The notes under the pieces are model-generated. The model was not told the origin of the DNA and did no database searches. It worked only from the letters and a program-made list of their open reading frames with translations. 64,000 nucleotides of DNA from Methanomassiliicoccaceae archaeon. Lineage in GTDB: Archaea > Thermoplasmatota > Thermoplasmata > Methanomassiliicoccales > Methanomassiliicoccaceae. Numbering within the stretch: the stretch's first letter is position 1; each line of letters starts with the position of its first letter. The stretch spans positions 256,001 to 320,000 of the forward strand of contig CAVSJV010000007.1 in the NCBI GenBank assembly GCA_963728405.1, read 5' to 3'. Shown in pieces: positions 50,960-61,589 of this stretch. The translations under genes were made by a program, and so were the position numbers.

Positions 50960-51760
50960 TCAGTATACGTAGCTCCGAGGTTTAGGAAGGGTGCGGACCC
51001 GGGCGCGGCTCTTTATCATCAACGCCCCAACAGTGCCTAGGTAGATGCCGTCAGGAAGATACACCTGCCCTTTCCGGATGTCCACCATCTCCTCGCCGAA
51101 GAGCGGTCCCAGAAGTTTCCCCCGCTCGACATTGACGGGGGAACCGCCCAGGGTGCGATTGAACGCCGGGACCATGATGATCTCCTCGGGAAGCTCGACA
51201 TAACGCTTGTGGGCCCGCTCGTTGATCTTTAACCTCACCCAACAAGGCTCCTTGCTCACATTCCCCAGGGAGTCCTCCAAGGCGATGGTCGGGTGGTTGT
51301 GACCGATGACCAACGTGCGGCAGGCCATCACATCCGGGGACGGCCAAGTATGGCCATGGGCATAGCCTACGTCCCCGATGCGGAAACCGGTGGAAGGATG
51401 GACATTCACGCCTTCTGGCAGGAAGTCCTCTATGTTGGTGTCATGGTTCCCCCGGACAATATCCACTTCTGAATAATGGCGTTTCATTGCCTGGAAGAAT
51501 CGGGGGATCTCGGCATACTCCTGTTGAGTGGAACCGGGCACCTTGTTCTTGATATCGCCCAAAAGGATCAGACGCTGGCGGCCAGCGCTCAGGGAAACGA
51601 GCTCTCGCTCCATGCGATGGGTCTGCGACGGTACATGCACTCCTTTCGAGCGCATCTCCGACTCGATGCCGACGTGCAGGTCTCCCACACATACCGCGAT
51701 ATCGGGGCCCCTGATCTCGAGGGCCAGATGATCGGGTATCGGACTAACGCTATCGGACAT
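50960..51760 (-). CDS. Calcineurin-like metallophosphoesterase (MJ0037-type)
   Basis: DLHVG, LGD, GNHD, HGH, GHNHP, PAFN. Confidence 0.88.
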   Translation of the reverse strand: MSDSVSPIPDHLALEIRGPDIAVCVGDLHVGIESEMRSKGVHVPSQTHRMERELVSLSAGRQRLILLGDIKNKVPGSTQQEYAEIPRFFQAMKRHYSEVDIVRGNHDTNIEDFLPEGVNVHPSTGFRIGDVGYAHGHTWPSPDVMACRTLVIGHNHPTIALEDSLGNVSKEPCWVRLKINERAHKRYVELPEEIIMVPAFNRTLGGSPVNVERGKLLGPLFGEEMVDIRKGQVYLPDGIYLGTVGALMIKSRARVRTLPKPRSYVY

Positions 51761-51799
51761 TCCTTCCTCTACTAAGCGAGACATGGGAAATACTTATCG

Positions 51800-52477
51800 C
51801 TAATGGCCAAGGGACAGGCGATCGGCGAGCATGCTCGGCAGTCCCGCCGCCCTCGTTCTGGACGCCACCTCCTCGATATCGTAGGCCACTCGACGGTTGG
51901 TGGTCTTCCTGGTCGCAGTATCGAAGATGGCGTAGCTGGCCTCCGGATCCCCATCTCTGGGCTGTCCGACCGAACCGGGGTTCACGATGGTGCCGGACGG
52001 ATAGCGCTTGATGAATGGGACGTGGGTGTGGCCCAGTACTAGCAGATCGCTCCTAGACATGCTTAGCAGGCCCTCCCGGCACTCATCTTCGTACAGGTAG
52101 TGATCGTCATCGAACGGCATCCCATGGTAGACGGCGATGCGAACCCCTCCGATCCTTAGGGCTAGGTGGCGCGGCAGCTCCCGCAAGTAAGCGAGGGACG
52201 CCGGGCTCAGCCGAGAGGCGGTCCAGGCGACAGCACTACTGGCCGCGGGGTTGAAGGACGACACATCGGCAGTAGTGACGGCCCGGTCATGGTTGCCTTG
52301 GATGGAGGTCACTCCCTTCTCGTGGAAAACGGCCACCGTCTCGTTCGGATATGGATAGTAGCCGACCACGTCACCCGCCGAGATGATGCGTTCGATACCT
52401 CGCCCACTCATATCCTCCAGCACCGCCGTTAATGCGATGAGATTGGCATGAACGTCGGAGATGAGGGCGAGCATCAT
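51800..52477 (-). CDS. Metallophosphoesterase (YfcE/MJ0912-like)
   Basis: SDVHAN, GDVVGY, GNHD, GHTH, NPGSVGQPRD. Confidence 0.92.
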   Translation of the reverse strand: MMLALISDVHANLIALTAVLEDMSGRGIERIISAGDVVGYYPYPNETVAVFHEKGVTSIQGNHDRAVTTADVSSFNPAASSAVAWTASRLSPASLAYLRELPRHLALRIGGVRIAVYHGMPFDDDHYLYEDECREGLLSMSRSDLLVLGHTHVPFIKRYPSGTIVNPGSVGQPRDGDPEASYAIFDTATRKTTNRRVAYDIEEVASRTRAAGLPSMLADRLSLGH

Positions 52478-52516
52478 CACCGACCGATTGCCTGGGTCAG
52501 TATAAAATTTTGGCCC

Positions 52517-53951
52517 TTACCGAACCTTCTTGAGGTTCCGTCTCAGGACCTCGGGAATATTATCGATGACGTCGGTGGCCATGAGGCTATAGCCTATCTT
52601 CTCGAACGCCAAGTCCCCGGCCGCCCCGTTGGTGAATGCGGAGATCCGCGCCGCGTTGTACGGGGAAACGTTCTTGGCCAGCAAGGCCGCTACTTCACCG
52701 GCCAGCACGTCACCGGTGCCGCCTACGCTCATGCCTGCGTTTCCGGTCTTATTCAACTTGGTCCAATGACCATCCGATATGACATCGATCTTCCCTTTTA
52801 CCAGGAGGACCACTCCCAGGTTTTTGGCCGATTCGGTGACCATTGGGATTCCGGCTTCGTAGTCCTTGGGCAGCCTCTGGCCGGTAAGGACCTCATACTC
52901 CTTGGCATGGGGCGTTATCACGCATTTCTTGTCTTTCAGCACCGTGATGTCCTTGGAGACGGCGGTGATGCCGTCGGCGTCGATCACCAGGGGCACCTCG
53001 CACGCCTTCACTATGGCCCGGACGGCGGCCTGGGTCTCCTCATCGGTACCGAGGCCGGGGCCGATGAGCATGGCGTCGGCCTGTTCCAGGAGCTTGGAGG
53101 TCGCGGGGACGTCCTTGAGATTCAATACATCATCGGAGAGCCGGTGGACGATAAGGTTCGGTGAATAGGAGGCGATGGGCGCGTAGGACAACCACGGCGT
53201 GGCGATCCTCACGAGATCTACCCCCATACGGTAGGCGGCCAGGCCAGCCAAAGCAGGAGCCCCGGTGAATGGTCCACCTCCTACGATCAGCAGCCTTCCA
53301 TTCTCACCTTTGTGAGTGTCCGTGCCCCTGATGGGGTAATATATGAACTCTCCAGGACCGACGAAGCGCTTTGCATCGGCCGGTACCCCGATGTCCTGTA
53401 CCACGATCTTGCCGGAGTTGGCAGGGGTCATCCCTTCCTTCATTGAGCTGAACGTGACCGTAACGTTGGGTCTTGACTTGCACGTCGGTGCCCAATCCGG
53501 AGGGGACATCGATGGAGATGATGAAGGTGCCAGAATCGTTGATGCGATTGATCAGGGTGCGGTAGGGCTCCCGGACATCGGAGAAGGTGCCTGTCCCGAG
53601 CAGAGCGTCCACCACGACATCGAATTTTGAAAAGTTCACGCCTACCGAGGAAGAGGATATGTGCTTCACTTTCTCGAACGCCCTCTTCGCTGCATCGGTG
53701 TGAATCTCTGCCGGAGGATTGGCCAGGAGGACCGTGACATCGTTGTGTCTCATCAGGTTTCTTGCGGCCACGAAGCCGTCGCCCGCGTTATTGCCCACGC
53801 CGCAGACCAGGGCGATCCGTTTACCGGTTCCGACCTCGCTCATGATCGTCTCGGCCGTTGCCTCGCCGGCGTTCTCCATCAGCGCGTCTATGGGAACTCC
53901 CAGGTGCTCGGAGTTGATGTCGAGCACCCGCACCTCCAGAAAGGGGAGCAT
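52517..53951 (-). CDS. nnr: Bifunctional NAD(P)H-hydrate epimerase/dehydratase, +1 frameshift near 53472
   Basis: LMENAG, GNNAGDG, DALLGTG, DVPSG; HKGENG, GPGLG, IDADG, TPH, GGTGDVLAG. Confidence 0.93.
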
Positions 53952-54150
53952 AACTCGGAGTATAATGCACCGGGAGTTAAAATTTTGGCATAGAAGTGGC
54001 CGAACATGGTTGAGGTACGCAGAGGTGACGCTCACACATGAGGGGTAAGCGATAACTCCCCCTATGCCTTTCATGTCTTCGATTCATCGGAATGGGGCTA
54101 GCATTTTATACTGGAATATCATTCGAAACCCACGGATAAGTGAAGAGTAA

Positions 54151-54441
54151 TTGAGCGACCTCAAGAGAATTGTTTTAGACGTACTGAAACCCCATCACCC
54201 CTCGATCGTTGAGCTCTCCCAGCGCCTCAGTGTGCTGGATGGGGTATCGGGAGTAAACATCACCATCATAGAGGTGGACCAGGATACCGAGACGGTTAAG
54301 ATCACCGTCGAGGGCAACTCGATCATATATGATGATCTGGAAAATGCCATCATCGAGGCTGGCGCAGTCGTGCACTCCGTGGACAGCGTGTCCACTGGCA
54401 AGAGGCTGGTCGAAGAAGTGGAGACCTCTCAGGATCGCTGA
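54151..54441 (+). CDS. DUF211 family protein
   Basis: RIVLDVLKPH.P, GAVVHSVD. Confidence 0.85.
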   Translation: MSDLKRIVLDVLKPHHPSIVELSQRLSVLDGVSGVNITIIEVDQDTETVKITVEGNSIIYDDLENAIIEAGAVVHSVDSVSTGKRLVEEVETSQDR

Positions 54442-54789
54442 GCGTTCAGGGTCTTGGAGGCATGGCCTCATCTTTCTTCCCAAGGTGCCATGAAGTGATG
54501 TGCTCTCCATGGTCCGATCTTTATATTTTAGAGTAGGTGGAGGGCATGGGGGGAAGGGAGGATTGAACAATTACCATCGCGATGTGCCCATCACTTCTTG
54601 ATCGTAGGTTCCTAATGCCGCCCCTGGCCTACCTAAGAGCATGGTATTGAAAGAAGGCCGCTTCCACCCCGCCGCATTAACATGTTCAGCTCGATGTCGC
54701 TGGTGAATAATGCCTGATCCAGATATCGGCGCGATTGGTGCCTTCTGAACCAATGGGGTCCTGGTGGCCGAACGTCGATCGAATGGCCA

Positions 54790-55089
54790 CTACTGCTGGG
54801 TCCGCGGAACGGTCTTCAGCTTCTCGGCGACCTTCGGCAGCAATTGGGACTTGGCCATAGTGTTCTCGACGAGCAACAGCCCCTGCTTGCTCCACCACGC
54901 CGAAGGATAGCTCTTGCCCTCCTCGATCTTCCACTGGAGGCCAAGCTTGTCCACTGCTTTGGTCAGCATCGCCATTTGAGGTTCGGGGATGGCCATGCTC
55001 TTCTTCACTCTACGGCCTTGCGCCCTAGTACGAGCGATATCAAAATACTCCGGCCACAGCACCCATGCCTTGTCCGCGTCGAAGGCCAT
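54790..55089 (-). CDS. srp19: Signal recognition particle protein SRP19
   Basis: LWPEYFD..RTRAQGRRV, KSYPSAWW. Confidence 0.93.
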   Translation of the reverse strand: MAFDADKAWVLWPEYFDIARTRAQGRRVKKSMAIPEPQMAMLTKAVDKLGLQWKIEEGKSYPSAWWSKQGLLLVENTMAKSQLLPKVAEKLKTVPRTQQ

Positions 55090-55127
55090 GGTCGGTCAAT
55101 CCTGATCAAGGTATAAAGGGTTTGGTC

Positions 55128-55511
55128 TCACTCGGAGACGAGGACGGCGTTGATGGTCCCGTCCTGGCCTGGCCTCGAAGTGATCCGTGCCATCCCGAGC
55201 TCGGTCTGGATGGTAGCCCCGCGGTTCATGATGTTACGCTGAACATAGTTGGGGTTGGCCGGGTTGACCTTGACGGTGACGATCCTGACCCTCTTGATGT
55301 TGTTGGTCTTAGGGTCCACAACGTTGGCGTAGGCAGCGCTGAGCATCCTGACCTTAGAGTTGCCACCCATGGTACGATATTTTCTTAGGCTCTCCTCGCC
55401 CAGGTTGGTGAACATTGGTTCGCGCCCGATCTCGAAGCGCCGCTTCTTTCTGCTCTGGACCAGGCGGCCACCACTGGGCTTCCGCTTTGACTTGCCCTGC
55501 CATAATGCCAT
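55128..55511 (-). CDS. rps8e: 30S ribosomal protein eS8
   Basis: KRKPSGG, GGNSK, NPAN..YVQRNI, TSRPGQDG. Confidence 0.97.
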   Translation of the reverse strand: MALWQGKSKRKPSGGRLVQSRKKRRFEIGREPMFTNLGEESLRKYRTMGGNSKVRMLSAAYANVVDPKTNNIKRVRIVTVKVNPANPNYVQRNIMNRGATIQTELGMARITSRPGQDGTINAVLVSE

Positions 55512-55947
55512 ACTAATCCTCCTCCACTAAAATAAAGGAGATATAAAAGCTTTTGTTCTAACGCCAGGTCTGGTTGCTCGGTCAGGAGGCAGCTTTGTTA
55601 GACCGGGCTGCTAGAGCCAAGGGGATGAGATCATGAAGTGCCGTCCTTTGAGCTGCACGAACGATGTGGCCTTTGGCTATGCCTTCTGTTCTGACGGTAG
55701 GCCCCATCAAGGCAATAAATGAAGTGGAAGGAGAGCCCGGGCCAGGGATGCGGGCGCGCCCTCCAACACGATCAAGCACAGAGAGCTAAACGTCACATTT
55801 GTAACATTCAACGGGGTGGGGTTGAATCGCGATGGCCGAGAGCATCGACTCCGAACCGTTCCATATCAATCCAATGTGATCTCCGATTTTTTAATCCTTC
55901 GCCCAATAATATTATCAAAGGGACATTAGCCGAGGAGAGGCGAGTCA

Positions 55948-56184
55948 ATGTCCGAAGGCGGTCTGCTATTTCCGGTCATTTCCATCACCTCTGCGATAGT
56001 GTGCCTCTCCCTGGGCATCTACGTCCTGATCAAGAACCCCTATCTGAAGAGTTCCAAGCTGTTCATCATCCTTGCGACCATAGCGACATTGACCAGTTTG
56101 GCCATCTTTCTCATGATCATCGCTCCCGACTCCTTGGCCCTATCTAGGCGCCAGATGGCCTATGGCTGTTCAATTTTTACATAA
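55948..56184 (+). pseudogene. Truncated paralog of the 7TM-DUF835 gene (first two TM helices only)
   Basis: About 50% identity to 22454 N-terminus over about 60 aa (YVLIKNPYLKSS vs YVLIRNPHLKSS), then abrupt loss of similarity. Confidence 0.8.
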
Positions 56185-56379
56185 TGGGAGACGGCCTTCC
56201 AATCTAGGTTGCAAGGAACAGCAATGGCCCATGGGATGCGGGGGTCGTCCTTTCGGCTCCCCTGACCCGTCTGACTACATTTATGCCCGGCCTAGGGTAT
56301 CCGGCGGGGTGAGGAGAGTTGGAGAATGAGCTACTAGAGTGCACCTAGGCTGGACCCTAGAGTCACCCCGCCCAAAACC

Positions 56380-57900
56380 TATGGGGACATTTATCCGAGC
56401 CGAGAAAACGGAGGGCAATGAAGCGGAACAGGTGGAGCAGCCGCCGTTGAAGCAGGAGCGATCGCATAGAGCCGCGACCCGAGGAAGCCCCGCACTACCA
56501 CGTCCTTACGCCTCCGAGTGAGCGACGAGTTGACGTACGGACCACATTCGAGGAGCAAGAGACCATTGCTCGCGGGATCTCAGCCGGGCTTGCGTGATCT
56601 GCGGGCATTCTCCTTACAATCATAATCCTCATGCCCGCCCTTGGTCTATCGAACGGCCCTGGGCTGGCAACGTCTTGGTTCGGCAATAGCAGCTCGAGTG
56701 AGAACGAAATCGTCGTCGATGTCGTGGACCTCTTGCTACCCGAAAGCGGCTATGAGGTCCAGGGGCAGAGCGTGGCCCGTACAACTGGGCCCCGGCATTA
56801 AAGGCGCTGAGAACCGCATTCATTGATTATCGCCAGCGGTTGAGAGCTTGCCTCTAAACATCACCACTGCAGACCACCAATATACGGCATCCCAACTTAC
56901 TGATGGTAGGACATACTCTTGGAGCGTCAGAGCAGTCATCGAGGGGCATTACGGCCCCTCCAGTGAGATTCGTTCATTCATAGTCAGGACCAGCCTCACC
57001 AACCGGAGATAATCTCTCCCGAGGAAAGGCAGTATCTTTGTCAATCAGACCCCGTGTCTGCAGTGGGGGTCGGTGAGCGGTGTAGACGATTACCGTGTGC
57101 AAGTCTCCGAGGGACCTTAATTTTACAAGGCTACTGGTCGACCTCACCATGTCATCGACGAGCTATCAACCGAATGTGATGATGCAAGAGAACACCACCT
57201 ATCATTGGCGCGTGATGGCACACCATGGGGATATCTGGAGCGAGTGGAGCGAGATACGATCGTTCTTCGAGGCGCCTTCAGTATTCCATTTCAGCCATTC
57301 CTGGACCTTCTTGAATGATGGGTCCGATTGGATCGTCGATCTCAGTATCCCGGCCGAGGACTACTACGCCGCAAGAGCAGAGACCAGAGGCTGGGTTTTC
57401 AACTATCAGGTATATGCCAAGTACGTTGCCCCGTTCCGACCGATGAAGTGGTAAAGGAGCTGTCAGCCGCCCTCAAGACTATGGCCGTGAGCAAGGGCTA
57501 TAGCCAGTACGAGACCGCGAACTTTGTTCTTTCCTTTGTCCAATCTATACGGTATTCTTTGGACAGTGATAGCGCCGGCCTTGATGATTATCCGAGGTAT
57601 CCGGTCGAGACCCTGGTCGACTCAACAGGGGACTGTGAAGACAAAGCTGCCCTCTATGCTTCGATAATCGAATCCCCGTCGTTCGGCATGGATGCCATCC
57701 TCGTAGGCTTGACCGATGGAGAGAAGGGGCACATGGCCTGTGGGCTTGTATGCCTCGCCCATTTGTCCCAGGCATGTTCTACTGGGCATGCATGTATCGC
57801 GGTAAGTCATACTACTACTGTGAAACAACTGGACAATTTCCTATGATTGGGCTGCCTTATGAGTGCTCGTCCTGGAGCTATACAATAATACCTTGTTGAA
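56380..57900 (+). pseudogene. Fragmented membrane-anchored FnIII-repeat plus transglutaminase-like protein
   Basis: TM GILLTIIILMPAL; FnIII-like LTDGRTYSWSVRA and NTTYHWRVMA..WSEWS; catalytic YPVETLVDSTGDCED...GHMACG; many frameshifts and stops. Confidence 0.7.
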
Positions 57901-58359
57901 CCACTTTCGGACCGGCCGCGGTAATGCTATTCTGGTGGAATGAAGCACCGGAGAAGCCACCACTGGGGACGCAAAGATAGCATGCTACACTCTGCCCTTA
58001 TAAATGAAAACCTCACCTACCCCGGAGGGGGGTTGGATATGGTCGAGTTTACGATCACGAGTATGTCAGGGGAAACGGTCGGTATAATTGATGTGACCAA
58101 CAAGGGATTCTCATACAGTATGGACGATAGCCTTGACGAGTTTCTTGGGCGCAGCTGAGGATTTGACGGAGCGCATATCGTCAGGACGCTTCGCAATGGG
58201 CGGCAATGGGTGGAGTTCAGCCCAGCGTTTATGACTACGTGATACATGTGGAGGTTCTGCTGAACCGGCACCTGGAGAGGAACGGATACAAGTTGAGCGA
58301 GAAGATGGGACCAGTACTTTCGGCCCGCCCGCGTTAGTATTATCTCCATTCATGTCTCG

Positions 58360-58719
58360 GTGAAAACGCGGCGGCCAGTGTCTTATTCCTTCAAGCTCGA
58401 TTTTCCGATCGAAACGCGGGACTCACTTTCACTGACCTCCCCCGGTAACGAACTGTCTATCAGGAGCATCTCTACCGTTCGGGGAGACCGTGAAATACTA
58501 CTGGAATTGGAGGTCCAGGGGATCCTGGGAATGAAGTATGAGCGGCAGGCCGCCATGGTCCGACCGGAACTCCGGAGGGCCTGCACACCATTGATCGAGC
58601 GAACGGACTTCATCATCGACTTCCGGGAATCTGGATATGAGACATTTGCCATCGAGCTCTGTAAGACCAGAATGCCGGAGTGCCGTGACTTTGACGGAGA
58701 ATGCCAAAGCAAGAATTGA
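58360..58719 (+). CDS. Hypothetical protein
   Basis: 119-aa ORF with plausible codon usage, followed closely by an HTH gene. Confidence 0.45.
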   Translation: MKTRRPVSYSFKLDFPIETRDSLSLTSPGNELSIRSISTVRGDREILLELEVQGILGMKYERQAAMVRPELRRACTPLIERTDFIIDFRESGYETFAIELCKTRMPECRDFDGECQSKN

Positions 58720-58728
58720 GGCAGATCA

Positions 58729-58908
58729 ATGCTCGACCGATTGAGGGCGAGGGTGGAGAAGCTTCGCACGAAGGGTCTGGAGCCGATCGACGCTCTGATA
58801 GTGGCCAGCGTCGAGGTCGGCGACTGAGTCGAGCAGACCGCTAAACGATTGGGCATCACCAGGCAGGCGGTGCACGCCGCTCTCCGTCGTCGTCGAGATA
58901 TTCTCTAA
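58729..58908 (+). pseudogene. Small HTH DNA-binding protein with internal TGA (58825-58827)
   Basis: MLDRLRARVEKLRTKGLEPIDALIVASVEVGD*VEQTAKRLGITRQAVHAALRRRRDIL. Confidence 0.65.
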
Positions 58909-59202
58909 AGTAGTGTGATAGCATGGAATACGCATTATCCACTGGATCGTGATCGGCCCCTGAGTACCACGATTGCCAAGTTCCTGCTGCCCCTGGGTTC
59001 GAACGAGCCAAAGGAGATGGCCGAGAAGCCCCAGCGGGACGGCTTCCGCCATATCGGGTCAGATATGAGTTTAAATAATCTTGTTAAAGAAATATGGCCA
59101 TTTGGTCAGACAAGATAGATAATGTGACCGTGTATGGGACGGATCTCAACGGTGCAGTTACGATAACGATGGGTGGGGCGAGCATCCTTCTTTTCTCACT
59201 TC

Positions 59203-59850
59203 TCAATCTTGTTCTACCCTATCCAGTAGCTTTGCCTTTGCATATGTGCCGATCTCGATCAGCGCGGCGAAACCATCCTTGGCCGCTCCGGGGTTCAGGA
59301 ACAGCGTGCCGTCCTTCTCCACCAGTCCCCTGGCCTCGTGGATGTGGCCGGAGAGGACCGCCTTGGGGGAAAACTCCCTTACCAGCTCCAGTATGGAATC
59401 GCTACCGACATGCAAGCCGGTGCTGATGGTGTCGTTGATCCCCCTGGCCGGTGCGTGGAGCACCAGGATCGCGCTCGGCTCCATCAGTGGGCGGAGGGCG
59501 GCCATGATATCGTCCTCTTCCATCTCGTACGGCGTCTCGAAGATGGTGGGATTCGATCCTCCCAGGCCGATGAAGGTGTTCTTGTCGATGACGACCTTCC
59601 GCTTATGCAAAAGGGTCCCGTGCTGTTCGATCTCGCGGCACACCAGCTCGGGCGGGTCGCAGTTGCCAGGGATGGCATAGATCGGACGAACAAGCTTGGG
59701 AAGGAACTCACCGGCCCAGCTGGCCGGACCGAAATGCGTGATGTCTCCGAGGATAATGATCGCCTCGGCGTCGTTCTCCACAGCCAGCCGGTTGGCCCAG
59801 GCGGCCACCTTGTCCCGCCCGTGGATGTCTGATAAAACCAGGAATCTCAT
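59203..59850 (-). CDS. Icc-related metallophosphoesterase
   Basis: SDIHG, GDIT, PGNCD, HAP, GHIHE, NPG. Confidence 0.92.
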   Translation of the reverse strand: MRFLVLSDIHGRDKVAAWANRLAVENDAEAIIILGDITHFGPASWAGEFLPKLVRPIYAIPGNCDPPELVCREIEQHGTLLHKRKVVIDKNTFIGLGGSNPTIFETPYEMEEDDIMAALRPLMEPSAILVLHAPARGINDTISTGLHVGSDSILELVREFSPKAVLSGHIHEARGLVEKDGTLFLNPGAAKDGFAALIEIGTYAKAKLLDRVEQD

Positions 59851-59892
59851 GCCGATCGTTCCAACATATTCGCGTTCATTGATTATGCTTTC

Positions 59893-60816
59893 TCACAGTC
59901 CCAACATGCCGAGGCCGATGCTCTGGTATGCTAGCGCATAGGCGAACAGGTAGCCCAGGATGGCACCGGTGTTCAGGAAGGGCAGCCCGGCCTGAGGTTT
60001 TCCCCGCATCACGAACCGCACCAGCAGGAGATAGCCGGCTAGGCCACCGACCAACGCCCCCAGTGCCGCCCACAGGTTGGCGGTTAGCAGGAACGATGGG
60101 GTGCTCGGCAGGAAGATCGATGCCGATACTACCAGCAGGCCAGGGATGACCGTGTCCCCTAGACCCATGAAGAACGCTTCCCGTTCCTCGTTCTCCTTGG
60201 GAAGGATGCTGCCTCTCTTCTCGAGCCGGTCCATTGAGAACCCCTTCTCCCGGGGAATGACGAACAGCACTGGCAGGCGCAACGGGGCGACCCCCTCGGC
60301 CAGGGCGATCATGTGCTTGGTCTTGTAAACCGAGATGGCGTCGTAAATGGCCATGATGATGAGCAGGATAATGACGGGGAGGATGCCCAGGGACATGCCC
60401 AGGATGGTCGTCACTCCAACTGCGATGATGAGGCCGATGCCGTCGATGACGTACCATTCTCCGCTCTTGGCCAGGAGGATAATGAGCCCGGCGGCGAGTC
60501 CCAGGGAGGCGAGCAGGGCGATGTATCCCTCCGGGTCGACCAGCAGGAATATGGGCAGGAATACGTACAGCATGGTGATGAAGATACTGGCGAAAAAGAT
60601 GGCCTGGATGATGCGCTTACGGCCATACTTGATGAGGATGAGCATGATGGCGGTCATGACCAGCACCAGGAAGATGTAAATGAACGGGTTCACCGGGTCA
60701 TTGGGATCGGGGAACGCCTGGAACTGGGGCAGGAACAGCGGGGCCAGCAATATGGCGCCCACCTGGACGAACACGTAAATCGAGGCCATGGCTAAAAGCG
60801 GAAGGCGCTTGCGCAT
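59893..60816 (-). CDS. Presenilin/SPP-family intramembrane aspartyl protease (A22)
   Basis: YDAISVYKTKHM, GLGD, QAGLPFL. Confidence 0.93.
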   Translation of the reverse strand: MRKRLPLLAMASIYVFVQVGAILLAPLFLPQFQAFPDPNDPVNPFIYIFLVLVMTAIMLILIKYGRKRIIQAIFFASIFITMLYVFLPIFLLVDPEGYIALLASLGLAAGLIILLAKSGEWYVIDGIGLIIAVGVTTILGMSLGILPVIILLIIMAIYDAISVYKTKHMIALAEGVAPLRLPVLFVIPREKGFSMDRLEKRGSILPKENEEREAFFMGLGDTVIPGLLVVSASIFLPSTPSFLLTANLWAALGALVGGLAGYLLLVRFVMRGKPQAGLPFLNTGAILGYLFAYALAYQSIGLGMLGL

Positions 60817-60905
60817 CGCGAGAACAATGTAATAATTGGTTAATAACCGTATCTTAGATGCATAAGGGACAATTGTTATCTAGTGGTCCGGCCTAGAAAA
60901 AGAAC

Positions 60906-61427
60906 GTGAACACGGGGTTAACAACTAGTCAATCCAACTATCCTGCCCGGCTGGAGAAGGCCAAGGATCTGGCGGATATCTTCGAGATCGTCAAGGACGC
61001 AGTGCACGCTCAGCTCGGTCTGTCCCGAGGGGGCCTTATGCTGGGAATCGCTGAGCTCGGCGGGGACCCCCAGTCCTGGATCGGCGGGTTCTATCCGGTC
61101 GCTACCAACATCATCGTCATGAACAAGGGGCCGATGAACCGTATCAGGGCCGAGCAGCCCGAGCTGTATAAGCCGTACTGCTTTCACATCCTCCTGCACG
61201 AGTATGTCCACACCGTCGGTTACATGGACGAGGCGCTGACCCGGCAGCGTTCGCTGGAAATCAGCGAGAAGCTGTTCGGAAAGGACCATCTGGCCACCCG
61301 GATGGCCGCGGACATCGGTCAGTTCTTTCCCTACCTGACATATGAGCTGCCGATCAAACCGCCAGAGGACCTGAACATGGAGCTGGTCAAGGGCTTTGAC
61401 CGTTCCTGCGCCAGCTATATCTTCTGA
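60906..61427 (+). CDS. Zincin-like metallopeptidase domain protein
   Basis: LLHEYVHTVGYMDE (HEXXH plus downstream E). Confidence 0.75.
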   Translation: MNTGLTTSQSNYPARLEKAKDLADIFEIVKDAVHAQLGLSRGGLMLGIAELGGDPQSWIGGFYPVATNIIVMNKGPMNRIRAEQPELYKPYCFHILLHEYVHTVGYMDEALTRQRSLEISEKLFGKDHLATRMAADIGQFFPYLTYELPIKPPEDLNMELVKGFDRSCASYIF

Positions 61428-61444
61428 ATTGCTTCCTTGACTCG

Positions 61445-61486
61445 GGCCGGGGGTGCGCTCGCACCCCCGGCCGCCTTGTTTTTTTG
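61445..61486 (+). terminator. Perfect 12-bp GC hairpin plus U tract
   Basis: GGCCGGGGGTGC-GCTC-GCACCCCCGGCC followed by GCCTTGTTTTTTT. Confidence 0.8.
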
Positions 61487-61589
61487 CTCACAGCAATAGC
61501 AGCAGCGTCCAGTCCGGCCGATAGATGGCAGTTCTGCCGCTAGGCTGAGGAAAATGGGAAGGGCCAGTGGCCCATAAAAGGAATGGGTT

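Noticed and set aside
2052-53951. Programmed frameshifting or true pseudogenes in cmk, secY, glnA, hdrA and nnr
   Set aside because: These are essential or core genes with no slippery heptamers, and all lesions are single +1 insertions typical of long-read error.
54571-54790. 72 open codons after the srp19 TAG
   Set aside because: SRP19 is already full length, the extension is not protein-like, and such runs arise by chance at this GC content.
4875-55089. Genome-wide TAG-to-pyrrolysine recoding
   Set aside because: rpl15, RaSEA, rnp2, mvhD and srp19 end at TAG at their expected C-termini, several without a nearby backup stop, so TAG works as a stop.
58825-58827. Selenocysteine at the TGA of the HTH gene
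   Set aside because: The position corresponds to a helix-capping Ser/Thr in a decayed island, and HdrA, MvhD and MvhA use Cys at their usual Sec positions.
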